The position numbers and the translations under genes are program-made. A stretch of DNA of 64,000 nt from Mobula hypostoma. Lineage: Eukaryota. Each line of letters begins with the position of its first letter. Within the stretch, counting starts at the first letter, position 1. This document shows, one piece after another, positions 1-12,759 of the stretch. The notes under the pieces are model-generated. The model was not told where the DNA came from. It was given only the letters and a program-made list of their open reading frames with translations, and searched no databases. The stretch covers positions 31,124,001 to 31,188,000 of the forward strand of contig NC_086110.1 in NCBI RefSeq assembly GCF_963921235.1, in the 5' to 3' direction.

Positions 1-1434
1 CCAACCTGAGTGTGGCTTCATCTCGATAGTAGAGGAGGCCATGTATGACATATCAGAATGGGAGTGGGATGTGGAAATAAAATGTGTGGCCACTGGGAGA
101 TCCTGCTTTCTCTGGCGGACAGAGCATAAGTGTTCAGCGAAATGGTCTCCCAGTCTGCGTCGGGTCTCGCCAATATATAGAAGGCCACATCGGGAGCACC
201 AGACTCAGTATATCACCCCAGCCGACTCACAGGTGAAGTGTCGCCTCACCTGGAAGGACTGTCTGGGGCCCTGAATGGTGGTGAGGGAGGAAGTGTAAGG
301 GCATGTGTAGCACTTGTTCCGCTTACAAGGATAACTGCTGGGAGGAAATCGGTGGGGAGGGATGGGGGGGATGAGTGGACAAGGGAGTCGCGTAGGGAAC
401 GATCCCTGCGGAAAGCACAGTGGGGGGGGGGAGGGAAAGATGTGCTTAGTGGTGGGATCCCATTGGAGGTGGCGGAAGTTACGGAGAATTATATGTTGGA
501 CCCGGAGGCTGGTGGGGTGGTAGGTGAGGTCAACGGGAACCCTATTCCTAGTGGGGTGACGGGAGGATGGAGTGAGAGCAGATGTGCGTGAAATAGGGGA
601 GATGCGTTTGAGAGCAGAGTTGATGGTGGAGGAAGGGAAACCCTCTTTCTTTAAAAAAGGAAGACATCTCCTTCGTCCTGGAATGGAAAACCTCATCCTG
701 AGAGCAGATGCAGCAGAGACGGAGGAATTGCGAGAAGGGGATGGCATTTTTGCAAGAGATTGGGTGGGAAGCGGAATAGTCCAGGTAGCTGTGAGAGTCC
801 ATAGGCTTATAGACATCAGTAGATAAGCTGTCTCCAGAGATAGAGACAGAAAGATCTAGAAAGGGGAGGGAGGTGTCGGAAATGGACCAGGTAAACTTGA
901 GGGCAGGGTGAAAGTTGGAAGCAAAGTTAATGAAGTCAATGAGCTCAGCATGCCTGCAGGAAGCAGCGCCAATGCAGTCGTTGATGTAGCAAAGGAAAAG
1001 TGGGGGACAGATACCAGTATAGGCTTGGAACATGGATTGTTCCACAAACCAACAAAAAGGCAGGCATAACTGGGACCCATACGGCTGCCCATGGCTACAC
1101 CTTTAGTTTGGAGGAAGTGGGAGGAGCCAAAGGAGAAATTATTAAGGGTAAGGACTAATTCTGCTAGACAGAGGAGAGTGGTGGTAGAGGGCAAATGGTT
1201 AGGTCTGGAATCCAAAAAGAAGCAGAGGGCTTTGAGACCTTCCTGGTGGGGGATGGAAGTATATAGGGACTGGACATAAACGTGAAAATAAAGCGGTGGG
1301 GGCCAGGGAACTTAAAATCATTGAAAAAATTCAGAGCGTAAGAAGTGTCATGAACATAGGTGGGAAGCGATTGAACAAGGGAGGTTAAAACAGTGTTGAG
1401 GTATGCAGAAATGAGTTTGGTGGGGCAGGAGCAA
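1..1434 (-). mobile_element. Penelope-like retroelement (Neptune-type), 5'-truncated RT plus GIY-YIG region, frameshifted; runs off the window's left edge
   Basis: Minus-strand ORF pieces give QTKGVAMGSRMGPSYACLFVG, CYINDCIG (YIDD position), LPFLDL and YLDYSASHP, then a Cys linker CKRNKCYTC and HFTCESAGVIY...LLYIGET. Confidence 0.93.
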
Positions 1435-1790
1435 GCTTTATTTTCACCATGGATGTCCAGTCCTTATATACCTCCATCTCACTATATCTTCCTTTGATGC
1501 TCCCCTCCCCCTTTCTTTTGTCTAGGCCTCCCGTCCCATCATCCTCTCCCTTCTCCAGCCTGGTATCCCTTTTGCCAATCAACTTTCCAGCTCTTAGCTC
1601 CATCCCTCCCCCTCCTGTCTTCTCCTATCATTTCAGGTCTCTCCCTCCCCCTCCCACTTTCAAATCTCTTACTAGCTCTTCTTTCAGTTAGTCCTGATGA
1701 AGGGTCTCGGCCCGAAACGTCAACTGTACCTCTTCCTAGAGATGCTGCCTGGCCTGCTATGTTCCACCAGCATTTTGTGTGTGTTGCTTG
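1435..1790 (+). mobile_element. Inverted Penelope-like arm: 44-bp RT patch fused to the 3' terminal tail
   Basis: 1435-1478 (FTMDVQSLYTSI) is a near reverse complement of 1252-1294. It is followed by the pyrimidine-rich tail ending ccagcattttgtgtgtgttgctt, homologous to 43000-43255. Confidence 0.88.
1690..1725 (+). ncRNA. Minimal type I hammerhead ribozyme motif in the PLE tail
   Basis: agtc-CTGATGA-a-gggtc tc ggccc-GAAAC-GTC-aact: intact core boxes, 5-bp stem II, GUC triplet, stem I 3/4 paired. Confidence 0.8.
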
Positions 1791-2313
1791 GAATTATATG
1801 GATTGTTTCTCCTCTCTGCCATTGCTAACTAAAACCAGACAATATGGACATCTACTTCTTGCAGTTATCGCCCTTTTTCTCATGTTCAACCCTGAATATT
1901 GCTGGAAAGGAAGCTGTCAGAAGCATGAATGTTCCATTAGTTTGCCATTGAGTTTTTTTCATGTAAGTTGTGAGTGAAAAAAGGATTAGCAGCAAAAGAG
2001 GGGTGTTTACATAATGATCGCACATTATGTTCATATTACTGGAGTCACTGGAGAACAATCAGAAGCAAGAAATGTGTTAGAATTTCTTAATTTCAAACCA
2101 AGTCACTCAGGCCATTTGTAGTGCTTGGCTATGATAAGATATGGTTAAGTGATATATTTATTCCACCTTTTTATTCTGGCATCTTCCCCCTTCTTTTCTA
2201 GTAAGTATCTCAGCCAGAAATGTCGGCTGTTTCTGTAAGTGCACTCGTGAGCAGACGATTAAAGTTGGTGCACATGCGCTGTTGTTTTTATCTGAAATAT
2301 CTGTCTCGAAACA

Positions 2314-2327
2314 TGGTGGCAGTGGTG
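2314..2327 (+). promoter_or_regulatory. Primer-binding site, tRNA-Leu type
   Basis: TGGTGGCAGTGGTG immediately after the LTR end (...gaaaca), complementary to a tRNA-Leu 3' end CACCACUGCCACCA. Confidence 0.75.
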
Positions 2328-2441
2328 CGATTCAGAAGATTGCTTTTTTCAACTGCAGTGCCTGATTTTCTCAACTTGCAGTTGGCAGCATAATAATAGC
2401 GCAACTCTGCAACATCAGAGAGTGAGTGTAAGAGTAGAAAA

Positions 2442-5400
2442 ATGTCAACCAAGACGAGCAACTGGCCAGAAATAGAGACGGGTGCAGTAGTAATGCCTGC
2501 AGGTGAGACAGCAAAATCTCAGCGGCACCCAGCACCCGCGGGCGACCCCGTGCCGGGGAACCATGGTCGGGGCGGAAGTCCTCCCCCAGTCAGTGGCATC
2601 CGCCCACCGCCAGCCGTTACTGTCAACCGTGGAGTGATAGACGGATGGAAGACATGGCGGCAGATGTGGACTAACTACAGCGTCGTAGCACAACTGCACA
2701 GACAGGTTCCAGCGTACCAGACGGCATTACTTTTACATACAATTGGACTGTCAGGACTTGAGGTCTACAACAGTTTTGTGTTCGCAGACGAGGCTAAAGG
2801 CCAAGACCTCACAAAGATTTTAGCTGCATTTGACAGATATGCTATCGGTGAGAAAAATTAGACATATGAACGGTACTTGTTCAACAAGCGGCAACAAGAA
2901 CAAGCTGAGACCGTTGAATCATTTCTTGCCAGCCTGAGATCTCTTGCAAAGACATGTAATTTTTGCTCGAGTATGTCAGACAGTCTGCTGAGAGACAAGA
3001 TCGTACTGGGCACTAACGACTCCCAAACCAGAAAACGTCTGTTACAAGAGAGAAAGCTACCGCTCAGTGACTGCACTGACATATGTAGAAGCACAGAAAT
3101 GGCTGAATCACACCTACAAGCATTCAGTACAGCTGCAGATAGCAGTTCCGCTACTGTCCATGGGATTAAACCTCGCACTAACAAGAAAGGTTCGAAGCAA
3201 CCTGGACAGAAGGCTGGTGCTAGCGGTGGAGCCAGAGCAAAAGGCACCTTGTACAGCCACAGAAGCAAAGTGAACTCTTGCACGTATTGTGGCACGGAAC
3301 ATGCAGGAGACAAGCAACAGTGCCCAGCACATGGACAGGTGTGCAAGGCGTGTGGCATTCAAAACCACTTTGCAAAGGTATGCAAGCAGAAGCCCGTGCA
3401 TGGGGTGGAAGCACAAAGCAATGACCAAACCGACAGTGACAGCAGCACCGAGTTTATCTACAGTGTCATACTGGTGGTCAACAGATTGAAGATAAAGGAT
3501 GACATAGTCACACAGATGCTCATCAATGGAAAGTCAATAGACTTCCGAGTCGACAGCGGGGTGAGTATTAACATTTTACCCTGCAAATACTTGAAGGGAG
3601 TAGACTACACACTGAGACAATGCACAAAAAAGCTGATGATGTGGAACAAGACCACCATGGATGCAGAAGGGGTGTGCAGAGTGATGTTGCGTAATCCCAT
3701 GATGAACCGCAAGTATTCTGTCGAACTTGTCGTGGTCACTGATGACTTTACACCATTGCTGGGAAGCAGGACCAGCCAGCAAGTGAAGCTGATTACAGTC
3801 AACAATGACAACTTTCACAGGGTGCATGCATCTACACTTAAAGAAGAACAATGCACACCAGAAGAATGCTATGCAGAGGTTTTCGATGATGTGCTCGGGG
3901 AGCTTCCGGGTGCAGCCCACCTGCAGATTGGTGAGGAAGTTCAACCCACAGTGTTACCCCCACGACATCTTCCTCACGCTATGAAGCGGAAAGTGAAAGC
4001 TGAGCTTGATCAACTGGTAGACCGCAAGGTGATAGCTCCAGTCCATGAACCTACAAGGTGGGTTAGCCAGTTAGTGGGCGCAGAGAAGAAGAACGGCAAT
4101 CTTTGTATATGTATTGACCCTTGACCATTGAACAAAGTGCTGAGGAGAGAACACTGCCCCCTCCTGATGATAGAGGACATTTTGCCTGATCTTGACCAGG
4201 CTAAGGTTTTCAGCAAGCGTGATATGAGTTCTGCATTCTGGCAAGTGAAATTGGACAGTGAATCAAGCGTGCTCACCACTTTCAACACACCTTTCGGGTG
4301 GTATAGATGGCTCAGACTCACGTTTGGAACCAGTGTTTTGTCAGAGATCTTCCAGTGCAGGCTGCATCAGGTGCTGGAAGGGCTACCAGGAGTGATCTGC
4401 ATCGCAGATGACATTCTGGTGTATGGAAAAGTGGAAATGCAGGAAAAGGCAATCACCGATCATGATGTGAAACTTGAGCAGCTATTACAAGGTTGTGCAG
4501 GGCAGCATATTAAGCTTAACAAGAACAAATCTGTCCTCAGAGCAACAGAGATACCTTTTTTGGGGCATCTCATCATAAGTGAGGGACTTCAGCCTGATCC
4601 TAAAAAGGTCGCTGACGTTCTCAACATGCAGCACCCACGGATGTGCAGGGAGTGCAGCGATTGATCGGATTTGTCAACCACCTGAGCTGTTTTCTACCAA
4701 GTCTCTCAGATACCCATTAGCCAATAAGACAGCTGACAAAGCCAGATGTAGCATGGGAGTGGTCAGCTGAGCAGCAAAACGCTCTCTCCAAGATCAAGCA
4801 GATGGTATCCAAAGCACCGGTATTAGCATACCACAATTCTAAGGAAGAGCTGACCATCCAATGTGACGCCAGCAGCAAAGTCCTAGGGGCAGCACTCCTC
4901 CAGAATGGACGTCCGATCACATATGCAAGCAGAGCGCTAGCGGACACAGAAACACGTTACGCAGCGATCGAAAAGGAAATGCTCACAATCGTTTCGCAAT
5001 TGAGCGTTTTCATCAATACACTGTTGGCTGCTTCACAAGAGTACTCAGCGATCACAAGCCGCTCAAAATGATAGTTAAGAAGCCGTTGGTGAAGGCACCG
5101 AAGCACCTACAGGGAGTGCTTCTTCGCCTGCAGAGCTATGACTTCGACATCACCTACTGTCAAGGAAACCTCATGCACCTCGCGGATACGCTATCACGAG
5201 CGGTACTCCAGGCCAGGAGAACAGCTTCGATGGAGTCAACATGCTATCGCACCTGCCAATCCGCAATAAGCGTCTAGAGCAGATTCGCTTAGAAACAGCG
5301 AAAGATGACACACTACAGATGTTGAAACGCGTAATCATCAATGGATGGCCGAGCGAACGTGACGCGCTACCAGAACAACTTACACCTCACTATAGCTATA

Positions 5401-6701
5401 GGGATGAGCTCGCAGTCCAAGACAGCTTAATCTTCAAAGGTGAGCGTATCATCATACCGCAAAGTGAGCGAAAGCAAATGAAGGAAAGAATTCATTCGTC
5501 ACACTTGGGCGTAGAAGGCTGCCTCAGACGCGCACATGAGTGTCTTTTTTGGCCGGGCATGAGCAGCGACATCGAGCAATATATTGCTACATGTGATATT
5601 TTTGCACATATGAAATGAGTCAGCAGAAAAAATCGCTTATGAGTCATGAGGTACCTGCTCGGCCGTGGGAAAAGATAGGTACCAACCTGTTTATATTCGA
5701 AGGAAAAGAGTACCTTGTCACAGTTGATTACTACAGCAATTTCTTTGAGGTAGATCTTCTTTGTGATATGACCAGTGCAGCTGTTATTCGCAAATTGAAG
5801 GCTCATTTTACGAGATATGGCAGCCCAACACAAATGGTTAGTGATAATGGGCCACAATACACGTCAGTGGAGTTTCACAGATTTGCACAAGAATGGGATT
5901 TTGAGCACTTGTGTAGCAGCCCCGGAAATAGTAAAGCGAATAGAAAAGCTGAATCAGCAGTTAAAACAGCTAAGCGGATCCTCACAAAGAGCAACAAATC
6001 GCGAGCAGATCCCTACCTCGCACTTCTGGACCATCCCAACACACCTTCGCAAGGGCTCAGCACGTCCTGCCCAGCATTTGATGAATCGCCGCACATGCAT
6101 ATTCCTGCCTACAACAGTGAGTTTACTGGAACCCAGAGCTGTACACGAACGCGAGCGTATGAAACAACGCGTCCAACAGCAGGCCGACAATTACAACAAA
6201 TCAGCCAAAGATCTTGCCCCACTCGATGAAGGGGGTACCGTGTGCATGCAACCCTTGGTGCAAGGTAAAAAGAATTGGGAGAAAGCAATTGTGTGTCGGC
6301 GCCTTGATGAGCATTCATATGTAGTTCAAACCCCTTCTGGGATCTACCGACGTAATTGCATATATCTACGAAAGACAGCTGAGGAACCGTCTGAAAAGCT
6401 AACCACATATGAACAGGCAAAACTAGGTTAAAGAATCGAGATCAATGACCACATTGTGCCTACCGCATCAAATGCACACAGCCAAACACGAGCAGAGGCT
6501 AATGACAATGACTGCAGTGTGCCTACTGCATCAAATGCACACAGCCAAACACTAGCAGAGACTAATGACTCAACACAAACACTAACACAAACATTGAAAC
6601 ATGCAAATAACAAACAACAGGATTTGGACAAAACGGTAAAAACTCGTTCTGGCCGCACAGTGAAAAGGCCACAATATCGAGAAGACTTTGTCCCACTTTG
6701 A
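2442..6701 (+). pseudogene. Gypsy gag-pol polyprotein with stops and frameshifts
   Basis: Gag LRSLAKTCNF/LRDKIVLG; zinc knuckle CKACGIQNHFAKVC; protease VDSG; RT IADDILVYG; RNase H CDASSKVLGAALLQ; integrase HSSHLG..WPGM, VDYYS, SDNGPQY, AESAVK; C-terminal TRSGR motif. Confidence 0.93.
6443..6570 (+). repeat. 63-bp (21-aa) tandem duplication in the integrase C-terminal tail
   Basis: VPTASNAHSQTRAEANDNDCS followed by VPTASNAHSQTLAETND. Confidence 0.85.
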
Positions 6702-7040
6702 ATAATTGCATGAACAATTGAACAATAAGTCTGTGACACTGTTTGGCATCTTAATGTCATGTTTATACTCAAAGAAAGACCATGCCCTATCTGAGGTTGT
6801 GTAGTTTGTAGTTTGAAGTTAAAGTCGAATTTTAGTATGTTTTATATTTTGTATATATGCTCATACAAACGGAAATAATGAGTGGTATGTATTTGTGACA
6901 GGCATAAGAGATATAAGGCATGATTAATGAATGCTTTGAAAGTTAATTCCATGAAAATACACTGGAAAGCAGACTTCAGAGAAATTGAGTTTAATTGTTA
7001 ACACAATTGTTCCTTCTCTTTGTTTTGATAAAGAGGGGGA

Positions 7041-7133
7041 TGTTATGATATACTTGTACATGCACTCGTGAGCAGACAATTAAAGATGGTGCACATGCGC
7101 CGTTGTTTTTTATCTGAAATATGTCTCGAAACA
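7041..7133 (+). repeat. 3' LTR (93 bp, TG...CA) preceded by PPT aagaggggga
   Basis: 7061-7133 matches 2240-2313 with about 3 substitutions and 2 small indels. Confidence 0.9.
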
Positions 7134-9159
7134 GTGGCTGACCTGTTGTGTTTCTCCAGCATTTTGTGTGTGTTACTATTTATTCCATAAGCTATATTTG
7201 TGGCACAACTAAATTACATCACAATTGTTGTTATCTAAGTTTACCAAATGCTCTCTCAGTACAAATTAAGCCATTGCAATTTTGGCATATAAGAGATTAG
7301 TATCTCTCTGCCTTTTAATTTAGCTGTCATATTGCTGTTACTAGATCACCTGCTAAAATCAATAATAGTAATTTCTAAATTAGACTTGTTAAAACTACGT
7401 TTGTACATGTACATTATTGTACTTACCACTTAAATGATTTAACTTACTGGATTTGCCTTTAGGCTGTTTTCTAAAGTTAGGTTTCCCTCATTTTAAATTA
7501 ATTGATTTAACAATTGACAAAATGGGTTGAAATACTAATAATATCAGTATTACTATCAATAACCTATGAAACTCTGGGCACATTATTACATATTTTCTGA
7601 TATCATGTATAGCTGTACTCAATTCATATAGAGGCATTTTCAAGCATTGTATGAAACTTAAAAGTCTATTTGGAATTTAGTATTATAATTTGAAAAATAC
7701 TCTAAACTGTTTATTATTTGTCAAAGGAGATGTGCAATAACTTCTAGTTATTTTAGGGATGAATACTCTGCAAAACTTGAGGAATCTATAAAGTCAACTA
7801 GCAACGATATGTTGGACAGAATTATCATCTGCTATTACATACAATCATAAGATGTTTGACAATTGCGTGATTTTTTTTCTTGAAATAATGTACAGAAGTT
7901 CAGTATGACATTCAATTGAACCTCCAGTAAATATTAAATCAGGAAAATCTCTAGTCAGTTTACTGCATCTTTAAAGTTGTGAGCAAGCATAAACACTTGT
8001 GCAGAAGGTGCTGAATGAGCTTTGTAATAAGATAAATTAACTGACTTACTAAAAGTTTGTTTTTGCTGTTGTTATCTTACAGTGTCAGAGATCATTTAAT
8101 TCATTCATCAGAGAGAAAGGAAAGCTGTTTAATTAATTATGCCGTGTAATTTAAAATCACTGGAATTCATTCCCCGATGTTGCTAAAAGATTATTAATTT
8201 ATATCTGTGTAACCTAAAAGTAATTTTATTCCATTATTTGACACAGCAACCTTTCAACCAAACTGGTTATAAATAATTTGAGCTTAGGTATTTGACACTC
8301 CTGCAAACTATTTTCCTCTGCAAACTAGTTATAGAAATTATTTCTGTTTAACAAAGGAATGTTTATCTTAAAATGATGAATTGCAAAATGATTATTGACA
8401 ACTTTGCCTGGTTCAAATTTATATATTGAAAATATTTTCACAGAATACATTTAACATTTTATTAAATTGTTTTTAGTGCCTCTGAAACTTAGTGAGATCA
8501 CTTAAAATGTTTCTTTGAGACAAAAATATGTGTTTAAGAATGTTTTTTGTTCTTTAAATTTGAATCACTATCCAATTTCATCTGTTAATAATTTCAGAAG
8601 AAAGAGTTGATTGAAATTTTAACAAAATATTTACTATAGAGTTGGATTTCTATTCTTTAGTGATATAAGTATGACCTAATTTTGATTTGTGGGTATATAT
8701 TTATAATTTGCTAAGTTGAGTTTAATTTTATGATACAATTGATGCCATTAATCAAGAAAGCAGTTCAGACATTCATACTATTCACCACGTTCCTGCTCTG
8801 ATCTATTATTTTGTCTTCGTTATAAGAAAAGCTATAACAGATCTAAATATGAATTGTGCAATTTGTATAAATTGGGTTGTGACAAGTAGTTCGACGTAAA
8901 GACAAATAGCCTGGAATTACATAGAATCCTTTTTGGTATTATCTGTGTCTGCATATATTTAGATAATTTTGTAAGGAAATTTGTGTAAAACTGTTTAACA
9001 CCAATTTAATACTAAAACCTTACAAGTTGTAGATTTTTATTATTACTTGCGCAACATTGAGATTCATCTTTCAAGATTTTCTGCCGTTTGCTTATGCAAC
9101 CGTAGCTCAAATCAAATGTCAGTCCACTTCTGCTTCCTAGACTTGCGCCCCATGGCTTT

Positions 9160-9432
9160 AGCACCCTTGGGCTGATCCTGGTTTTGAATATGGATTTAAT
9201 GCATTTTCCTCTGTAACTGTTAAGCTTTTTCCTGGATGTCGTAGTTCCCAAAATGTGTTGGTAGTTTAATTGGCTACTGCAAATTCCAACCAGTGTGGAT
9301 GGACGGCAGGAAACAAAGGGAGAGCTGATGGATATGTGAGACAGAATAGGTTGCAGGGACCTAAGTGGAACTGATGGGATTGTTCTGACTGCCAACATAG
9401 ACTCAATGGGCAAATAACCTCATTCTGTATCA
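9160..9432 (+). mobile_element. Old V-SINE-like SINE remnant
   Basis: Degenerate similarity to the SINE body seen at 17150-17310 and 35310-35505, with a CR1-like tail. Confidence 0.4.
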
Positions 9433-9449
9433 TTTTAAGATCATCTAGT

Positions 9450-9569
9450 CCTGAAGAAAGATCTCAACTGTTCACTCATTTTCATAGATGCGGCCTGACC
9501 TACTGAGTTCCTCCAATGTTTCGTGTGTGTTGTTCTGTATTTCCTGCATCTGCAGAATCTTTTGTGTTT
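9450..9569 (+). mobile_element. Solo Penelope-like 3' tail starting at the (internally deleted) hammerhead core
   Basis: cctgaagaaagatctc|aactg...catctgcagaatc, flanked by agatcatctagt (9438-9449) and agataatctagt (9570-9581). Confidence 0.75.
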
Positions 9570-12500
9570 AGATAATCTAGTGTTAAAAAAACAAAACAGA
9601 AGTGTTGTCAGTATTAATGCAACAGATGATTTTGGAACCTAAGTGATCAGAACAGCCAAATCTAAAGCTATCCATCAGTTTAATTCAATAGGAGAAAGGG
9701 CAGTGGCAGCAGTAAAGGGTCTGAGATAAAATATGTTTCCTCAGTTGATCTCGGATCTTCCTGCTTGACACTTCTTTTTAAATTAAGCTTGACTTCCTTT
9801 TAAAAGGACTAGTGCAAACTTTTTTGCAAAACCTGATAGAGAAATTTCAGTTTACATTCTCCAGCTGTCATCAAATATGGCATAGTGAACTGCAGAGCAG
9901 AGCAAGATATATCACTTAGGTTATCCATTCCTTTTTTTTTATAAACGCTTTGGATTTTTCCATTAAAACCTTTTTTCTTTGGTTGTCTTAAAACCTCTAA
10001 AATATTTATTGAAACATTTTTAAATTATATAAATAAAATAATGAAATATTAGAGATTTTGTTCAATGTAATAATCTGGAGTGGTGTTTGTCCCTATAGTA
10101 TCCAATGTGTTTTATCTGTCTATAGATGGGGGCTTTTCATCCACTACAGTATGTCAGCTGCAGCTAGAATTTAGCTTGTGTCATGACTAATTTAAACTCT
10201 CTAGTTTCAGAATTCTCAATATAAAACACTATTATTTTAAATAATTGGTAATGCAACCTGGATTTTCAAAGTGAACTTGTGCTATGAAGCATCAGATGAA
10301 GATTGTCATCAGCCTCTAAATTTACTGAAGCTCAATCCATGAAATCATTCCTTTTAATTCACACTACTTGGGGGACCTTGCCAATCGCTAATGCAATGCA
10401 GAAATATATAATTGTTGGTCATTATGACTTGGAGCCAATGAATACGTGATGGATGACTACTTTATGATTGATTAAAGGTTTTGCAGTGCACCATTAATTG
10501 TTGCACACTGATAATGCTAAACCTATCTTGGATCTGGATTGGTGCACTAAAGTTACCAATGTTTTAGGAAGAAAGAATATCACATTTGAGGAGTATTTAA
10601 AGCTGTTAATTGAATGTGCCTTTGACAGATGGAATTGATACCAGTTTCACCCTATATTTGAACTTTCCTTCAACCAGTCACTGAAGAAGGTGGCAGGATA
10701 TAAGCTTGAATTGGATATCTTCATGAAAAGAGCATTTTATGCTTTATTCTGCCAGCCTCGCCCACAAAATATTTTATTTTAAAAATATTGCTGGGTATAC
10801 CAGGAAATTCAAAATGGGTAAATCTAACAAGTAGAGCTTACAGTGGCAGCACTGATATATAATGTCAATATATAAAGTACTCATTTGTTTAAACGCATAT
10901 GTACATTTCAGATATTAATCTACAGAATATAGTTGTTTGTCTATGTGTATTTATGGACACAAGAACACACATATTTTCATAAACTTAGTGACATCCAGTA
11001 ACAGGGTCGGAATGGGAACCACAAAGAATTTGAGTATGGAAAAAGTGATAGGGACAGGTTAAACAAAAAATTGATGTCTGGCTATTCCCATACACTGCTG
11101 GGCCTTCCATATCCTACTTCACACCATGTCCTGTTCACCCATCAGACTTATACTTACCAGTCAACAATGCCTCTGAGCCCAGAAATTCCTCAAGTCAAAA
11201 CACATCATCATGTTTAGATCCTTCCTATATTCTAACATTTAACCTCTTCCTTTTAGATACCTGTCCCAAATACTTGAAAAATATACTGCATTAATTAGTT
11301 TATGCTGTGATTGAACATCAGCTACCCAAAGCCATTATCACGATAATTATCTTTCGAATTCTTTTCAGCTCTCTACCTCCTCGACCTCTCTTTTTCTTTT
11401 GAAAATTTTCCTGGTTAACCAAGCTAATATTTCTTTATTTCAGTATGTGATTCAGTGTAAAAGTTTGCCCAGGGGGATCCCTGTGATGTTCTTTCTATGT
11501 TACAGATGATTTGCAAGATTTTTGTACTGAAGTTGAGCAAAGTTGGTGTACAATTAATTATTATGTGAAAGTGTGTAGAAACTAGAAGTGCATTTGCAAA
11601 ATTATTGATGAGCCAGGTAAAATCTGGGCTTCATTCAATCAATGGTAAAAACAAATTGGATCAGGATAGGTACTTGTGTTGTAAAAGCAGAACAGATGGC
11701 TTAGTAAAGAATCCAATAATCCTGGATGTTTTACATTTCACCAAACATTAAGAATACAATTAATTGTAGTTCCTTACAGGCAGTGGCAGCAGCTGAGCAC
11801 ATTTTATTCCAAAACTCCACAGCTCATGAAGGAACATTAAAAACACACCGAACGGGAAAAGTCTTATCTTCATTTGGCAACCTTAAGTAAGGTATGCAAA
11901 AATTGGTTTCTTTTATTTCAGTGCAGGATGAGTCATGTAAAACAAGGAACTAAATTGATAGGTGAACACAATAAAGTAGTCTATATGCATTCTCCTACGC
12001 CCCTGTTCCCTTTTACCTCTGGAACAGGTCCTGAATTTGGCCTACACAGTCTTTTTCTCTTGTGGTTGTCATGATTCTATGTGAAATGAGGTTAAACACT
12101 CTCAATTAACTTCCATGTCAATAATGTAGCTCCTTTGCTGGAAGTAGATACCATGGTATTTAATGATTTCAAGATGTACAAAAGAGGTTCACATAATAGA
12201 TATATACTCACACAAGATCCACCAGTTTAAAATCTGGAAGGAGGTTTACATCTGACTATGATCCTACCCTACAGTTCTCAGTTTAATTACAGGAAAGTCC
12301 AAAATAAATAAAAAATCTTATGAATTCTACTAGAACGAGTAAATAATAATACTTCTGATTGCCTCCATCCTTAGCCAAATCTGGTCCACAGTCTATGTAG
12401 CTTCGATTCGGAAAAGCCAGTATGCTCAGGGCTTTTTCTGGTGTCTGTGCTGTTCAATTTGAATATTTCTTTTTCCATATGGTGGACTAGCAAATGTTAG

Positions 12501-12759
12501 CCAATCTCATTTAAATTATTTTATTAGCGTATTGCTTTAGTTAAGGAAATCAGAAATGGAACTTGCAGGTGTTTGGTGCATCCTTCCAACAGTAGTACTT
12601 GGCCTTCCTGTACTCCTGCCTTGACTTCTTCCAACAATGGTAGGCCCCATGCCTGGATTCTCCACTAATCTTGGAGTTTACTTGAGACGCACACAAGAGA
12701 GACACAGAATCGTGGCAGACACAGGGTGCTTATCATAAGATAATGAATGAATCCCATTC

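Larger units (their letters stand above)
2240..7133 (+). mobile_element. Gypsy/Ty3 LTR retrotransposon (Mag/K02A2.6-like), near full length, degenerate
   Basis: Paired LTRs at 2240-2313 and 7041-7133, PBS, PPT, and gag-PR-RT-RH-IN order. Flanks 2175-2230 and 7134-7177 look like two halves of a PLE tail. No clean TSD seen. Confidence 0.95.

Noticed and set aside
2223-2227. tcggc versus gtggc (7134-7138) as the Gypsy TSD
   Set aside because: Only 3/5 identity and the 5' LTR boundary is uncertain.
10567-10640. ttttag followed by RKNITFEEYLKLL, reminiscent of an EF-hand end
   Set aside because: Short, weak acceptor, lacks the canonical loop residues, and no partner exons found.
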